Shown here piece by piece: positions 45,234 to 55,125 of a stretch of 64,000 nt of DNA. The DNA comes from a bacterium (GTDB lineage: Bacteria; Patescibacteriota; Saccharimonadia; Saccharimonadales; AWTP1-31), in the NCBI GenBank assembly GCA_030426125.1, contig JAUHZB010000003.1:3872-67871 (forward strand), given 5' to 3'. The position numbers and the translations under genes were made by a program. Within the stretch, counting starts at the first letter, position 1. The number at the start of each line of letters is the position of its first letter. The notes below the pieces were generated by a model. It made no database searches. It saw only the letters and a list, made by a program, of their open reading frames with translations, and had not been told where the DNA came from.

Positions 45234-46166
45234 ATGAAACAATCTATAAAGGTAACGAACCTACACAAAAGTTACGGCAAAGTTAAAGTCCTAAAAGGGG
45301 TTAACTTCAAAGTAGAAAAAGGCACCATTCTAGCTCTACTAGGCCCAAATGGCGCTGGAAAGACAACTACAGTTAGAATACTTAGCACCCTTTTAAGCTA
45401 CGATAAAGGCAAGGTCCAAGTAAATGGTTTCGATGTCAAACAAGACGCCGATAAAGTACGTAGTGTAATTGGCTTAACTGGCCAAGCTGCAGCTGTTGAT
45501 GAATTGTTAACCGGTCGCGAAAACCTAGTTATGATGGGTCGACTTTACCGTTTAACATCAGCTAGCGCAAAACAACGAGCTGAAGAATTATTAAAAGATT
45601 TCGATCTGGTTGATGCGGCTGATCGACCAGCAAAAACCTACTCTGGTGGTATGCGTCGCCGACTTGATCTAGCAGTTAGCCTAATTGCCGCCCCTCCACT
45701 AATATTCCTCGACGAGCCAACTACTGGTCTAGACCCCAGGTCACGAAAAGCAATGTGGAAGATTATAGAGAACCTTGTAAAGGAAGGTACTACCATTCTG
45801 TTAACTACTCAGTACTTAGAGGAAGCTGATCAGCTAGCTGATAACATCATTGTAATTGATGGCGGTAAAGTAATCGCAGAGGGAACCGCCAAGCAACTAA
45901 AAAGCAAAATTGGTAAAGACCGCCTAGAACTAGGCTTTGCTAGCAATAAAGTTTTCCAACAGGCCAAAAAGGCTATTAAAAACCAAGGCGTTGATACCAA
46001 CGATAAAGAACTCTTACTATCTATTCCCGTAAAAAACAGTAGTCGTGATGTTAGAGATATTTTAGATAAACTAGAAAAAGAAAAAATTACAGTAGATAAT
46101 ATCGCCATCCACAAACCAACGCTTGATGATGTATTTTTATCGGTAACTGGAAAGGAAGACAAGTAA
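45234..46166 (+). CDS. ABC transporter ATP-binding protein (DrrA/ABC-2 type)
   Basis: 310 aa. Walker A GPNGAGKTT, signature YSGGMRRRLDLA, Walker B LIFLDEPTTGLD. Confidence 0.9.
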   Translation: MKQSIKVTNLHKSYGKVKVLKGVNFKVEKGTILALLGPNGAGKTTTVRILSTLLSYDKGKVQVNGFDVKQDADKVRSVIGLTGQAAAVDELLTGRENLVMMGRLYRLTSASAKQRAEELLKDFDLVDAADRPAKTYSGGMRRRLDLAVSLIAAPPLIFLDEPTTGLDPRSRKAMWKIIENLVKEGTTILLTTQYLEEADQLADNIIVIDGGKVIAEGTAKQLKSKIGKDRLELGFASNKVFQQAKKAIKNQGVDTNDKELLLSIPVKNSSRDVRDILDKLEKEKITVDNIAIHKPTLDDVFLSVTGKEDK

Positions 46167-46975
46167 TGGCCAGTAAAGAATTAGAATTTATCAAGACCAA
46201 CAAAACTGGTCTTGCTTTCCGGGATACCCTGATCATGATCAAGCGCAGTAGTCGTCATATTCTGCGCAACATCGATCAGTTGCTTGGTACATTCTTTCAG
46301 CCAATAATGTTTCTGGTGTTATTTGCAGCTGTTTTTGGTGGGGCTATAGAGCTAGCCCTCCCGGAAGGAGTCAGTTATCTCAGCTTCCTAATGGCCGGAA
46401 TTATTGTTCAAACTTTGGCTTTCGGATCAACCACTACTGCCGTAGCAATTAGTAATGACCTGCAAAAAGGTATCGTCGACCGCTTCCGTTCGCTACCTAT
46501 GAATAACCTAGCCGTTATTACTGGGCATGTGGTGTCTGATGTCTTTAGAAACTCAATCTCAACTGCCGTCATGATAGTTGTAGGACTAATTATCGGCTTC
46601 CGCCCCCAGGCCGATTTCTTAGGCTGGATAGCTATCATAGGCATCCTGCTGCTTTTCACTTTAGCCTTCTCCTGGCTAATGGCTATTATGGGAGTAATCG
46701 CTAAAAGCGTTGAAGCAGTCCAGTGGCTGACATTCATAATTATCTTCCCACTTACCTTTGCTAGTTCTGCCTTTGTGCCAACCGATGGTATGCCAAGAGC
46801 CTTGAAGGCCTTCGCCGAGAATCAGCCAATTACTCAAGTCATAGAAGCAATCAGGGCTCTTTTTCTAGACTTTCCAACCGAAAATTACATTTGGACTGCC
46901 GTAGCTTGGTGTATTGCGGCTATTGTTGTTGCTGTCCCTATAGCTGCTTACGTGTATCGCAAGAAATCTGCGTAA
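46166..46975 (+). CDS. ABC-2 type transporter permease
   Basis: 269 aa, 6 TM. 1-nt overlap with the ATPase gene. Confidence 0.85.
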   Translation: MASKELEFIKTNKTGLAFRDTLIMIKRSSRHILRNIDQLLGTFFQPIMFLVLFAAVFGGAIELALPEGVSYLSFLMAGIIVQTLAFGSTTTAVAISNDLQKGIVDRFRSLPMNNLAVITGHVVSDVFRNSISTAVMIVVGLIIGFRPQADFLGWIAIIGILLLFTLAFSWLMAIMGVIAKSVEAVQWLTFIIIFPLTFASSAFVPTDGMPRALKAFAENQPITQVIEAIRALFLDFPTENYIWTAVAWCIAAIVVAVPIAAYVYRKKSA

Positions 46976-47021
46976 TATCCTAATGCTTTTTTAATCTGTT
47001 ATTTCATGGTAAGTTTTATTC

Positions 47022-48299
47022 ATGTCAAAAAACTCTAGAGCTTCCAGCCCACCTAGCGCTCCTAGTGAATTCAGTGGAGAAACAATAGATTCTGTTAGTT
47101 ATGAGCAACAGCCTCCGGATATATTTCCTAACAATAATTCACTACCACAACCTCACTCAAACGATGAAATCGAGCTTAACCCAGATTTAGCTGAATTATC
47201 TGAACTGACTGAAGGACAGCAAAAGAAATTAGAACAATGGCGAGTTGCCCTAATAGATGATGTACTAGCTAGATACCAAGATCATCCATACGTAAAAAGA
47301 AAAGTTAGAAGACATCAAATAGGCAGAGCTGGAGCACATAAAGATGATGATTCACACTCTCGCTACCTTGCCGAAATTGGGACTTCACCACTTCTAAGTA
47401 AAGATGATGAGGTTTCATTGTTCTATAGTTTTAACACCGGAATGAACTGGTATCTGAGCGAAGGGGCGCCAAACTCAGAAGATATTTCCGTTGCAACCGA
47501 ACGACTAGTGCTTTCATCCGTAGCGGCTTACCAGATGATATTTCTATCCAATACTCGTTTAGTGGTTAGTATCGCCAAACGCTTTCGGACTCCGGATATA
47601 TCACCATTAGAGCTTATCAGCGAAGGTAACATTGGCTTAAACCAAGCTATAAAAAAGTTTGATGCTAGCCTTGGTTACAAATTTTCTACTTTCGCTACCG
47701 AACGCATTGAAAGAACAATAAAAAGCGCTATTAAAGGCATGAACAGACCAATTAGATTACCCGCCTATCGACTAGAACAACTAAGTGTCATCAACAGCAC
47801 TTCAGGGCGTCTCCAAGACGAGCTACGTAGAACACCTTCTAGGCAAGAGCTTAGCCAGGCTACCGGAATTGACAGTCAGACCATAGAAGAACTTCAAATA
47901 ATAAGTAGAGGTGTAGCTTCCATAAACCAACCTATAGGCTATTACTCTGGAACCTCACCCGCGGATAACAATAGTGAACTATCAGAATTATTGACTCCTG
48001 CGAGCACTGATACCAGCTCAGCTGGCACTGAGCCAGAAATAGATCAAAGCGTAGCCGACCAACTAACTTATATGCAAACACTAGAAGCTATAATGGATGG
48101 TTTAAATAGCATGCAAAAAGAAGTCATCCATCATAGGTTTGGCCTTGATGATGGTCAACCAAAAATACTCGAGGAGGTCGGTGACATGTACGGAGTATCA
48201 AGACAGTGGATCAGTCAAGTAGAGAAAAAGGCGCTAAAGCTCATGAGGCAACGAGCACATCAGCTCAATATTGATATGTCGTTATTTATGCAACGGTAG
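47022..48299 (+). CDS. RNA polymerase sigma-70 family factor (RpoD-like architecture, atypical region 2.3)
   Basis: 425 aa. Region 2 LISEGNIGLNQAIKKFDASLGYKFSTFATERIERTIKSAI, region 3 IRLPAYRLEQLSVIN, region 4 LEEVGDMYGVSRQWISQVEKKALKLM. ~190-aa low-complexity/acidic N-terminus. Confidence 0.85.
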   Translation: MSKNSRASSPPSAPSEFSGETIDSVSYEQQPPDIFPNNNSLPQPHSNDEIELNPDLAELSELTEGQQKKLEQWRVALIDDVLARYQDHPYVKRKVRRHQIGRAGAHKDDDSHSRYLAEIGTSPLLSKDDEVSLFYSFNTGMNWYLSEGAPNSEDISVATERLVLSSVAAYQMIFLSNTRLVVSIAKRFRTPDISPLELISEGNIGLNQAIKKFDASLGYKFSTFATERIERTIKSAIKGMNRPIRLPAYRLEQLSVINSTSGRLQDELRRTPSRQELSQATGIDSQTIEELQIISRGVASINQPIGYYSGTSPADNNSELSELLTPASTDTSSAGTEPEIDQSVADQLTYMQTLEAIMDGLNSMQKEVIHHRFGLDDGQPKILEEVGDMYGVSRQWISQVEKKALKLMRQRAHQLNIDMSLFMQR

Positions 48300-48323
48300 T
48301 TCTTCTTAATAATTCAGCCATTT

Positions 48324-48351
48324 TTGCATTAACCTCTATCTTCGTTATACT
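48324..48351 (+). promoter_or_regulatory. Sigma-70-like promoter
   Basis: TTGCAT, 16-nt spacer, TATACT. Followed by SD AAGGAGG before ATG 48376. Confidence 0.4.
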
Positions 48352-48375
48352 GGTAAATATAAACAAGGAGGACCT

Positions 48376-49044
48376 ATGGGGAACGATGGAATCATAGAAA
48401 CACTAGAAGATTCATTTCTAGACATTATTAGAAGCTCAGTAGAATTTCTACCGAAGCTATTAGTAGCTCTACTACTATTACTAGTCGGTGTAGTGCTAGC
48501 TCGCTTCATTGCGAAAATTATCGGAAAAGTTGTCGACTATGTCGAAAACAGCAAACCAGTAGTTAAATCCCTTAATGAACTGGGTGTAAAAGCGATTGAC
48601 ATCGATGGAGTTGTTTCCATATTTGTACGCTGGGCTATCATCCTAGTATTCCTAGGTGCAGCAGTTGACGTTCTAGGTCTACCAGCACTTACCAATACTT
48701 TTGATTCGCTAATTGACTTCATACCAAACATCTTCGCCGCAGTAATTATCGCCGGTCTAACCTTCGTAGCTGGAAATGCACTACGTGACGTAGTTGGCAA
48801 AACTGCCAGTAGTGCTGGTATCGCAATTCACAATGGCTTAGCTCAAACAACAAAGATTGTAGTTCTAGTTTTTGGTTTTCCACTTGCAGCTGCTCAACTA
48901 GGACTTGATCTAACGATCATAACCAATAACCTAACTGTAATAGTTGGCGGCATCATGCTGGCTCTAGGTCTTGCCTTCGGTCTTGGCGGTAAAGAAACAG
49001 CTGGCAAAATCGTTAGCGATATCCATAAAAACTGGAAGAAATAA
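48376..49044 (+). CDS. Membrane protein with MscS-N-terminal-like TM-helix repeats
   Basis: 222 aa. The N-terminus (DSFLDIIRSSVEFLPKLLVALLLLLVG) parallels the N-terminus of the adjacent MscS protein. No beta-domain. Confidence 0.45.
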   Translation: MGNDGIIETLEDSFLDIIRSSVEFLPKLLVALLLLLVGVVLARFIAKIIGKVVDYVENSKPVVKSLNELGVKAIDIDGVVSIFVRWAIILVFLGAAVDVLGLPALTNTFDSLIDFIPNIFAAVIIAGLTFVAGNALRDVVGKTASSAGIAIHNGLAQTTKIVVLVFGFPLAAAQLGLDLTIITNNLTVIVGGIMLALGLAFGLGGKETAGKIVSDIHKNWKK

Positions 49045-49090
49045 ACAGCACTAAATCAAGCATAACTTGGCAGCAAAATAGCTGGAATAG

Positions 49091-49125
49091 ATAACCTGGA
49101 ACTAATACCTCCAGGTTATTTGTTA
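49091..49125 (+). terminator. Intrinsic terminator
   Basis: ATAACCTGGA-actaatacc-TCCAGGTTAT, a 10-bp perfect stem followed by a T-rich tract (TTGTTAT). Confidence 0.6.
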
Positions 49126-49137
49126 TAATGCTTATGT

Positions 49138-50004
49138 ATGCTTGGCGAACTTTCTAACAAGACTTCAGAATTACTGGACTCCTTTCTTGATTACCTCCCC
49201 AAATTAAGTGGCGCACTATTACTATTCATCGCCTTCGTTCTAGTAGCTAAAGTTATTCGACTAATCACTGAAAGACTAGTAAAGCGAATTAACCGCAAGC
49301 CATCAGTCGTTAGACTAATAGCCACCATAATCTACATTATTGTCATACTTGTAGGTTTAATCGGTGCATTGAAGGTCTTGGCTCTGGACGGCGTAGTTAC
49401 ATCAGTATTAGCTGGAGCAGGTATTGTTGGTTTAGCTCTTGGATTTGCTTTTCAAGACATCGCCAGTAACTTTATTGCTGGGGTTACTATCACCATGCAA
49501 CCACAGTTCAATGTTGGAAACCTAGTGGAAGTGAACGAAGTATTTGGAGTAGTCCAGCGGATTGACCTACGAACGACTACTATAAAGACCCTAGACGGAC
49601 AAATTGTATATATCCCCAATAAAGATATATTCCTAAGTCAAGTAATTGACTACACCCGCAACCAAAACAGGCGAATCGACTTAAAAGTTGGAGTTAGCTA
49701 CGGCGAAGACCTAAACAAAGTTAAAAAAGTTACACTTGAGGCTATAAAGAAAGTAGAAGGCATGGACTACACAGTGCCAGCTGAGCTGTACTTCGAAGAA
49801 TTTGGCGATAGCTCAATAAACCTAAGTCTACTATTTTGGATAAAATTTGAGAGCCAGCCAGATTACTTAGAAGCTCGTAGCCAGGCTATAATGGCTATCA
49901 AGGAAGTATATGACCGTGAAGACATACTTATTCCTTTCCCAATCACAACTCTCGACTTCAATGCTAAAGGCGGCAGATCATTGGCTAAAAAGTTTGTTGA
50001 TTAA
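49138..50004 (+). CDS. Small-conductance mechanosensitive channel (MscS family)
   Basis: 288 aa. 3 TM plus beta-domain FGVVQRIDLRTTTIKTLDGQIVYIPNKDIF. TGtTATAAT lies 8 nt upstream of the ATG. Confidence 0.88.
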   Translation: MLGELSNKTSELLDSFLDYLPKLSGALLLFIAFVLVAKVIRLITERLVKRINRKPSVVRLIATIIYIIVILVGLIGALKVLALDGVVTSVLAGAGIVGLALGFAFQDIASNFIAGVTITMQPQFNVGNLVEVNEVFGVVQRIDLRTTTIKTLDGQIVYIPNKDIFLSQVIDYTRNQNRRIDLKVGVSYGEDLNKVKKVTLEAIKKVEGMDYTVPAELYFEEFGDSSINLSLLFWIKFESQPDYLEARSQAIMAIKEVYDREDILIPFPITTLDFNAKGGRSLAKKFVD

Positions 50005-50099
50005 TAGCAATCTATAGCAATCTATATAAAGATACTCTAGTTCACTTCACTTTCGCTATTATTTGACCTGGGTAGTTGCCTAGATGCTACACTATCGAT

Positions 50100-50993
50100 A
50101 TGGCTCAGAAAAAGATAAGAAAAGCAGTAATCGCAGCGGCCGGCTTCGGCACCCGGTTCCTACCGCAAACCAAAGCTATGCCCAAAGAAATGTTACCGCT
50201 GATCGACAAACCGATAATCCAATACATCGTCGAAGAACTAGTTGAAGCTGGTATTGAAGATATAATCATTGTAACGGGCTATCACAAACGATCGATTGAA
50301 GATCATTTTGATGAGATAAGCTCTGATCTTAAGAATAACTTAATGCAGGGCAACAAAGACCAACTACTTACTGACACTGAACATATTTCTAACTTAGCTA
50401 ACTTTGCTTACATCCGGCAAAAAGGACCCTACGGCAATGCTACACCAATACTTAATGCTGAACATCTAATCGGCGATGAACCATTTATTTACGCTTTTGC
50501 CGATGAGATATTCAAATCCTCACCTGCCCGGTTCAAACAATTAATTGAAATACATAATGAACTTGGTGGTTCAATATTCACCTGCATAAAAGCTTCGTCT
50601 GAGCAGGATTACTCCAAATACGGTTTTGTTGGCGGAGAAACAGTTCGTTCGGGATTAATCAAGATGAATTCAATAATCGAAAAACCAGGTAGCCGAGATA
50701 AATCACCGTCTGATATGGCTTCTGTCAGTGGATATATATTAGATCCTGCTATATTTGGCTATTTGCGCCAACAAAAAGATAGCCTAGGCCCAGGCACCGA
50801 GTTTATTCAGCAAGTAAGCATGCAACAGATGATGGATGATGGTCATAAGATGTATGGCTATGAGGTACCCAGCGGATCCTATTACGATACCGGTAATAAG
50901 CTTGGGTATATAAAGACCGTGATAGATTTTGCAATCGACCATCCTAGCCTAGGATCAGAAGTCGAAAGCTATATCCGAAAAAAACTAAAATAA
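50100..50993 (+). CDS. galU: UTP-glucose-1-phosphate uridylyltransferase
   Basis: The track ORF starts at 50076 (non-ATG); the family-typical N-terminus begins at ATG 50100 (MAQKKIRKAVIAAAGFGTRFLPQTKAMPKEMLP). Confidence 0.88.
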   Translation: MAQKKIRKAVIAAAGFGTRFLPQTKAMPKEMLPLIDKPIIQYIVEELVEAGIEDIIIVTGYHKRSIEDHFDEISSDLKNNLMQGNKDQLLTDTEHISNLANFAYIRQKGPYGNATPILNAEHLIGDEPFIYAFADEIFKSSPARFKQLIEIHNELGGSIFTCIKASSEQDYSKYGFVGGETVRSGLIKMNSIIEKPGSRDKSPSDMASVSGYILDPAIFGYLRQQKDSLGPGTEFIQQVSMQQMMDDGHKMYGYEVPSGSYYDTGNKLGYIKTVIDFAIDHPSLGSEVESYIRKKLK

Positions 50994-51021
50994 CTGATTA
51001 AATACGATTATTTAGGCTATA

Positions 51022-52092
51022 ATGGCTGTTATGACAGACCTAAAGGTGAGCGACACTCAGAAAAAAGCTTTAGTAATAGCTACAATTCTAGCTGTTATTC
51101 TGGGTATCTTCTTCCTAAGACACTATCTCTTACTAATCATTTCAGCCATTGTTGCAGCCGTCGTCTTTAACCCAATCTACCTTAAACTAAAGTCTAAGAA
51201 GTTCAAACCGCATAGTGCAGCAACCCTCACTCTACTAGTTACAATAATCGCCATAATTATACCGGTAGCTATAATAGTCGTTCTGGCCTCTTACCAAATT
51301 GCTAACATTGTCGATGGCTTGAATTTGACTAGCCAAAACACTGACTTAAACCAATTACTAGAAAGTGCCATCAAAACCATTAACTCTACCCTAAGTGACA
51401 TTGGTATCCCTTTTCAGCTAACTGAAAGTGGGGTCCGTGATCATATAATTAATTTCCTACAAACCGCCGGTCAAACTGTATTTAGCCTTATTACCTCTTG
51501 GGTGTCAGGCATTGGTAGCTTCATTACAACCTTAATAATCTATATTTACGTGTTCTTGGCAATATTAATTAATCAAGAAAAATTGATCGAGTTCTTTAAA
51601 AGAATGAACCCACTAGGCCGACAAATCAGCGACCTCTACATTAAGCGGGCTCACACTATGACCAAAGCGATGGTTAAAGGTCAATTCGTGATAGCATTTT
51701 GCCAAGGTTTAACCGGAGCTATATTTTTATACTTAGCCGGCTTCCATTCTACTTTTTTCTTTTTCCTGATAATTCTAACCCTACTATCCATTGTGCCACT
51801 AGGTGGTGGAATACTCTCTATTCCAATCGGCATAGTCATGCTGCTACTCGGAGATTACTGGCAAGGAATTCTTATACTAGCCGGACACCTGCTAATAGTT
51901 ACTAATATAGATAATGTTCTTAGGCCTAAACTAGTACCATCAGAAGCCCGACTAGATCCAGCACTAACATTGCTAAGTGTATTCTCTGGATTAGCATTGT
52001 TTGGCTTCTTAGGTATAGTCCTGGGGCCAGTAATTATGATCTTAATCGTTACTACAGTAAACACTTTTCTTAAAGTATTCAAAAATGCCTAA
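51022..52092 (+). CDS. AI-2E family transporter (PerM-like permease)
   Basis: 356 aa polytopic, with a C-terminal conserved region (LVTNIDNVLRPKLV). The alternative start ATG 51031 lies 7 nt after TATAAT (51018-51023). Confidence 0.8.
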   Translation: MAVMTDLKVSDTQKKALVIATILAVILGIFFLRHYLLLIISAIVAAVVFNPIYLKLKSKKFKPHSAATLTLLVTIIAIIIPVAIIVVLASYQIANIVDGLNLTSQNTDLNQLLESAIKTINSTLSDIGIPFQLTESGVRDHIINFLQTAGQTVFSLITSWVSGIGSFITTLIIYIYVFLAILINQEKLIEFFKRMNPLGRQISDLYIKRAHTMTKAMVKGQFVIAFCQGLTGAIFLYLAGFHSTFFFFLIILTLLSIVPLGGGILSIPIGIVMLLLGDYWQGILILAGHLLIVTNIDNVLRPKLVPSEARLDPALTLLSVFSGLALFGFLGIVLGPVIMILIVTTVNTFLKVFKNA

Positions 52093-52116
52093 GTAGTTCA
52101 GATTATGCTGTCTAGA

Positions 52117-52548
52117 TTATTTGCGACTAGTTTTCTTACTTCTAGAGCTAGTTCGCGGACGTGAGTTAGCCAGCAGTACTTTTTGGTTTAGCGCTTTTTC
52201 TTGTTCTTTCCTAGATATATCAATCTTATTCTGCAGATAGTGAATTAAGGCCGAAAAGCCCCACATTACAAACAGATAGATAATAATCGCAAACATTGCC
52301 GCAACGTCAAAATAGCCAGTCTCACCGACAGTCTTAGCCGGGAAAATACCCCTAAATGGATTCAAATAGTCGGCTGAGGTGTTATATACAAACTTTACAA
52401 ATGGCGTACTCGGATTAGCTGAAAATGCTAGCAAGAATGTTCTAAGAGTCAGACTAATTACTCCAATAAGCACCCAAGCGTACATAATGTAGGCTACTAT
52501 TTTACTGATTCTCAAGTACCCTGGAATTACAATTTTTTCTTGATTCAT
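52117..52548 (-). CDS. YggT-like membrane protein
   Basis: 143 aa. Two TM segments flanking ADYLNPFRGIFP. Basic C-terminal tail. Confidence 0.45.
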   Translation of the reverse strand: MNQEKIVIPGYLRISKIVAYIMYAWVLIGVISLTLRTFLLAFSANPSTPFVKFVYNTSADYLNPFRGIFPAKTVGETGYFDVAAMFAIIIYLFVMWGFSALIHYLQNKIDISRKEQEKALNQKVLLANSRPRTSSRSKKTSRK

Positions 52549-52579
52549 TACTTACCCTCTATTAAGTGAATATTTTTAG

Positions 52580-52903
52580 CTATTTCTGATCTTCGATTCG
52601 AAGTACAATTCCACCAGAGTTTTCAGCTACTACGTTAAAGATAAATCCGTGGAAGTATCCAATAACCCAGCCGATAGCAAAATATACTAAAGGAACTACT
52701 ATCATGCTGATGATTCCAACTGAAACTCCGAAGACCATACCGCCCAGTAATCGTTCAGTTTCTTGTGTATAGGTAATTGTGCTTTGCAAGCTATACAGGA
52801 TGGCTACACCAAGTCCTAATATTGCTGCAAAGACACCTTCAAACATCGCTACAGTTGATGATTTTACGCCTGTTACTTTCTTGTTTAATTTGTTAGCTGC
52901 CAT
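52580..52903 (-). CDS. Small membrane protein
   Basis: 107 aa, 3 predicted TM segments. Confidence 0.5.
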   Translation of the reverse strand: MAANKLNKKVTGVKSSTVAMFEGVFAAILGLGVAILYSLQSTITYTQETERLLGGMVFGVSVGIISMIVVPLVYFAIGWVIGYFHGFIFNVVAENSGGIVLRIEDQK

Positions 52904-52956
52904 AATTTTCTCCTAAATTTATATAAATTAATATTACTAACCAAACTTATTGTAAG

Positions 52957-53601
52957 CTATTTAATCTCTTTGAATTGGTACTGGTCAGTGACCATTTTGT
53001 ACTCTTGTGACTTGTTCTGCACGCTGATGGCGAACAATGAACCACCCAGACCAACAAGTAGCCAGACAAACTCTTGATCTACTACATCTAGAACTGTTCG
53101 AACAATACCTTCAGTTAGAAGTCTGTCCACCGATACTGAACCTACAAGTAGTAGTATGCTGGCTAGAATGTAAGCCACGCCGATCATTGAGGTTGCTACA
53201 ATTACCAAACTTCGTGACAACGGACCGGCAGTAGCTACCATGAAGCCAAGTATTCCACCGGCTAGACTTAGCATAAATAGCAGGAAGCCATTGTCGCCTA
53301 GACCAATTGCTACTGCTAGGTATGAAAATACCGATACACCTAGGACTGTAACTAAAACAACAACAGCGATTTCAAAGAATAAATATGACAGAAGTGCCAT
53401 TATTGTCCCGACAATCACGGCCATTATGATGGCGATCGAGGTGCTGACCGCACCGACACCAAATAAACCTTGCACTCCACCAAAGCCGACCATAACACCG
53501 CTAATAAAGCCGACTAGTGGCAAAAGTAGTTTAAACAACTGCAACCCCGCAAATGCAGTTATTATTCCTAGTATTAGTAGAAATATTGATAATATAACCA
53601 T
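52957..53601 (-). CDS. Gly-rich multi-pass membrane protein
   Basis: 214 aa, about 6 hydrophobic segments. Confidence 0.5.
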   Translation of the reverse strand: MVILSIFLLILGIITAFAGLQLFKLLLPLVGFISGVMVGFGGVQGLFGVGAVSTSIAIIMAVIVGTIMALLSYLFFEIAVVVLVTVLGVSVFSYLAVAIGLGDNGFLLFMLSLAGGILGFMVATAGPLSRSLVIVATSMIGVAYILASILLLVGSVSVDRLLTEGIVRTVLDVVDQEFVWLLVGLGGSLFAISVQNKSQEYKMVTDQYQFKEIK

Positions 53602-53709
53602 ATACCTTCTCCCTTTTATATTGTTATAATACCACTAAAATTTAATAGCACAATAAACCACTCCAGTTTGTTTACTATTTGTTAATTGTATTTTACTCTA
53701 AACCTATAA

Positions 53710-53738
53710 TTGACAGCCCTATCACTGCGTAGCATAAT
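53710..53738 (+). promoter_or_regulatory. Sigma-70-like promoter
   Basis: TTGACA, 17-nt spacer, CATAAT. SD AAGGAGAGG before ATG 53763. Confidence 0.55.
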
Positions 53739-53762
53739 AAAGTTATAAATAAGGAGAGGTAT

Positions 53763-54320
53763 ATGAAAAACTCAACCGCATCGAACCTAGAAGTGCTGGG
53801 TAATTTATCAATTTTAAGGGGGGTTATCGCTATTCTGTTCGGTATTCTGGCCTTAGTTTGGCCCGGCCTAACAGTACTGACATTTTCTACCTTAGTAGTG
53901 CTGTGGCTGCTTGCTAGTGGTGTCCTTCACCTAATAAAAGCCTTTTCGACCATGAAAAATGGTATGAGCTGGTTGTTCACCCTAATAGTTGGTGCTCTGC
54001 AACTTGGTGTTGGTGCCTACCTAATCCAGCGCCCTGCATTATCTGTAGCAACTTTAGTAGCACTGCTAGCCATTGCCTTTATAGTTGACGGTGTAGCCGC
54101 CTTGATATTGCCTTTCGTCGACAATGAATCATCACTAAGCGACCACAAAATAACCAGTGTAGTATACGGTATATTGGCTGTTCTAACTGGAGTTATTATA
54201 TGGCGATATCCAGTTAGCGGGACACTAGCCTTTGTTTGGGTAATAGGCTTATTTGCGCTTATCTCTGGTCCGATGTGGATAGTATTTGGCTTATCAGCTA
54301 AGAATAACCAAGCAAAGTAG
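53763..54320 (+). CDS. HdeD/DUF308-family membrane protein
   Basis: 185 aa. ILRGVIAILFGILALVWPG repeat pattern. Confidence 0.6.
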   Translation: MKNSTASNLEVLGNLSILRGVIAILFGILALVWPGLTVLTFSTLVVLWLLASGVLHLIKAFSTMKNGMSWLFTLIVGALQLGVGAYLIQRPALSVATLVALLAIAFIVDGVAALILPFVDNESSLSDHKITSVVYGILAVLTGVIIWRYPVSGTLAFVWVIGLFALISGPMWIVFGLSAKNNQAK

Positions 54321-54339
54321 CATTTAATAGTAGATTAAG

Positions 54340-54657
54340 CTACTTATCAGAATCAAGCTTGTCGGTAGTATGTTTACTTACAAATTTACTGCCTCTACGT
54401 TTAACTACGTTTTGGATAAATAAGGCAATTATTCCGACGCCTACAAAAATATAGATAGTTGCCACGAACCGGCCTAGCCTGGTTTCTGGTGAAAAGTCGC
54501 CATAGCCAACAGTAGTTAAAGTAATAACAGAGTAGTAATAGGCATCTAGCCAGCTCCACTTTTCTACGATATGAAAGAACACCGTTCCAAAACCTAGCGT
54601 GAAAATGGTTGCTGCAATTAATAAGCGAAAAATTACTTTATCTGAATTTGCTGACAT
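54340..54657 (-). CDS. Minimal 2-TM potassium channel
   Basis: 105 aa. Selectivity filter TLTTVGYGD between two TM helices. No cytoplasmic gating domain. Confidence 0.8.
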   Translation of the reverse strand: MSANSDKVIFRLLIAATIFTLGFGTVFFHIVEKWSWLDAYYYSVITLTTVGYGDFSPETRLGRFVATIYIFVGVGIIALFIQNVVKRRGSKFVSKHTTDKLDSDK

Positions 54658-54659
54658 CT

Positions 54660-55001
54660 TTAATCCTTGTCGATAATTAATTTATATATACTGAGAAGAC
54701 CTAAGAATAATAGCGGTATACCAACTAGGTAACGAGCAATTGGATGCTCAATATAACCCAGGGCTCGGGCCATCATATAGGCCCCGAATAAGATTAGGCC
54801 GAATATTAATTTATAGTTTTTAGCCAAACTACCGGCAAAAATTACGCCCAAAAATGCAGAACATAGACCAATAGCAAAAGTAGTTGGTTTAGAGAACTGC
54901 CAATCATGTACTAATAGAAATATTCCAGATCCAGCGGTGACAACACTAGCAAATGCCCTTAGAACTAAGTTTACAGCTGATTTAGCCTCTATTTGATTCA
55001 T
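54660..55001 (-). CDS. Small membrane protein
   Basis: 113 aa, 4 TM segments. Ends 2 nt before the K+ channel start. Confidence 0.5.
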   Translation of the reverse strand: MNQIEAKSAVNLVLRAFASVVTAGSGIFLLVHDWQFSKPTTFAIGLCSAFLGVIFAGSLAKNYKLIFGLILFGAYMMARALGYIEHPIARYLVGIPLLFLGLLSIYKLIIDKD

Positions 55002-55125
55002 GCTTATATACTAACCTAGTGCAAACTATTTTTAAACCAAACTCCATACTCTAGTAACTGGCCTGTAATTACCCAAACCATAATTACTATCTACACTGGC
55101 TTGAAACTATGCTAATCTGAGACTT

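Noticed and set aside
50004-50025. Tandem 10-bp duplication ATAGCAATCT x2 just after the MscS stop
   Set aside because: There are only about 2.2 copies and no further structure. It is most simply a slippage duplication in an intergenic spacer.
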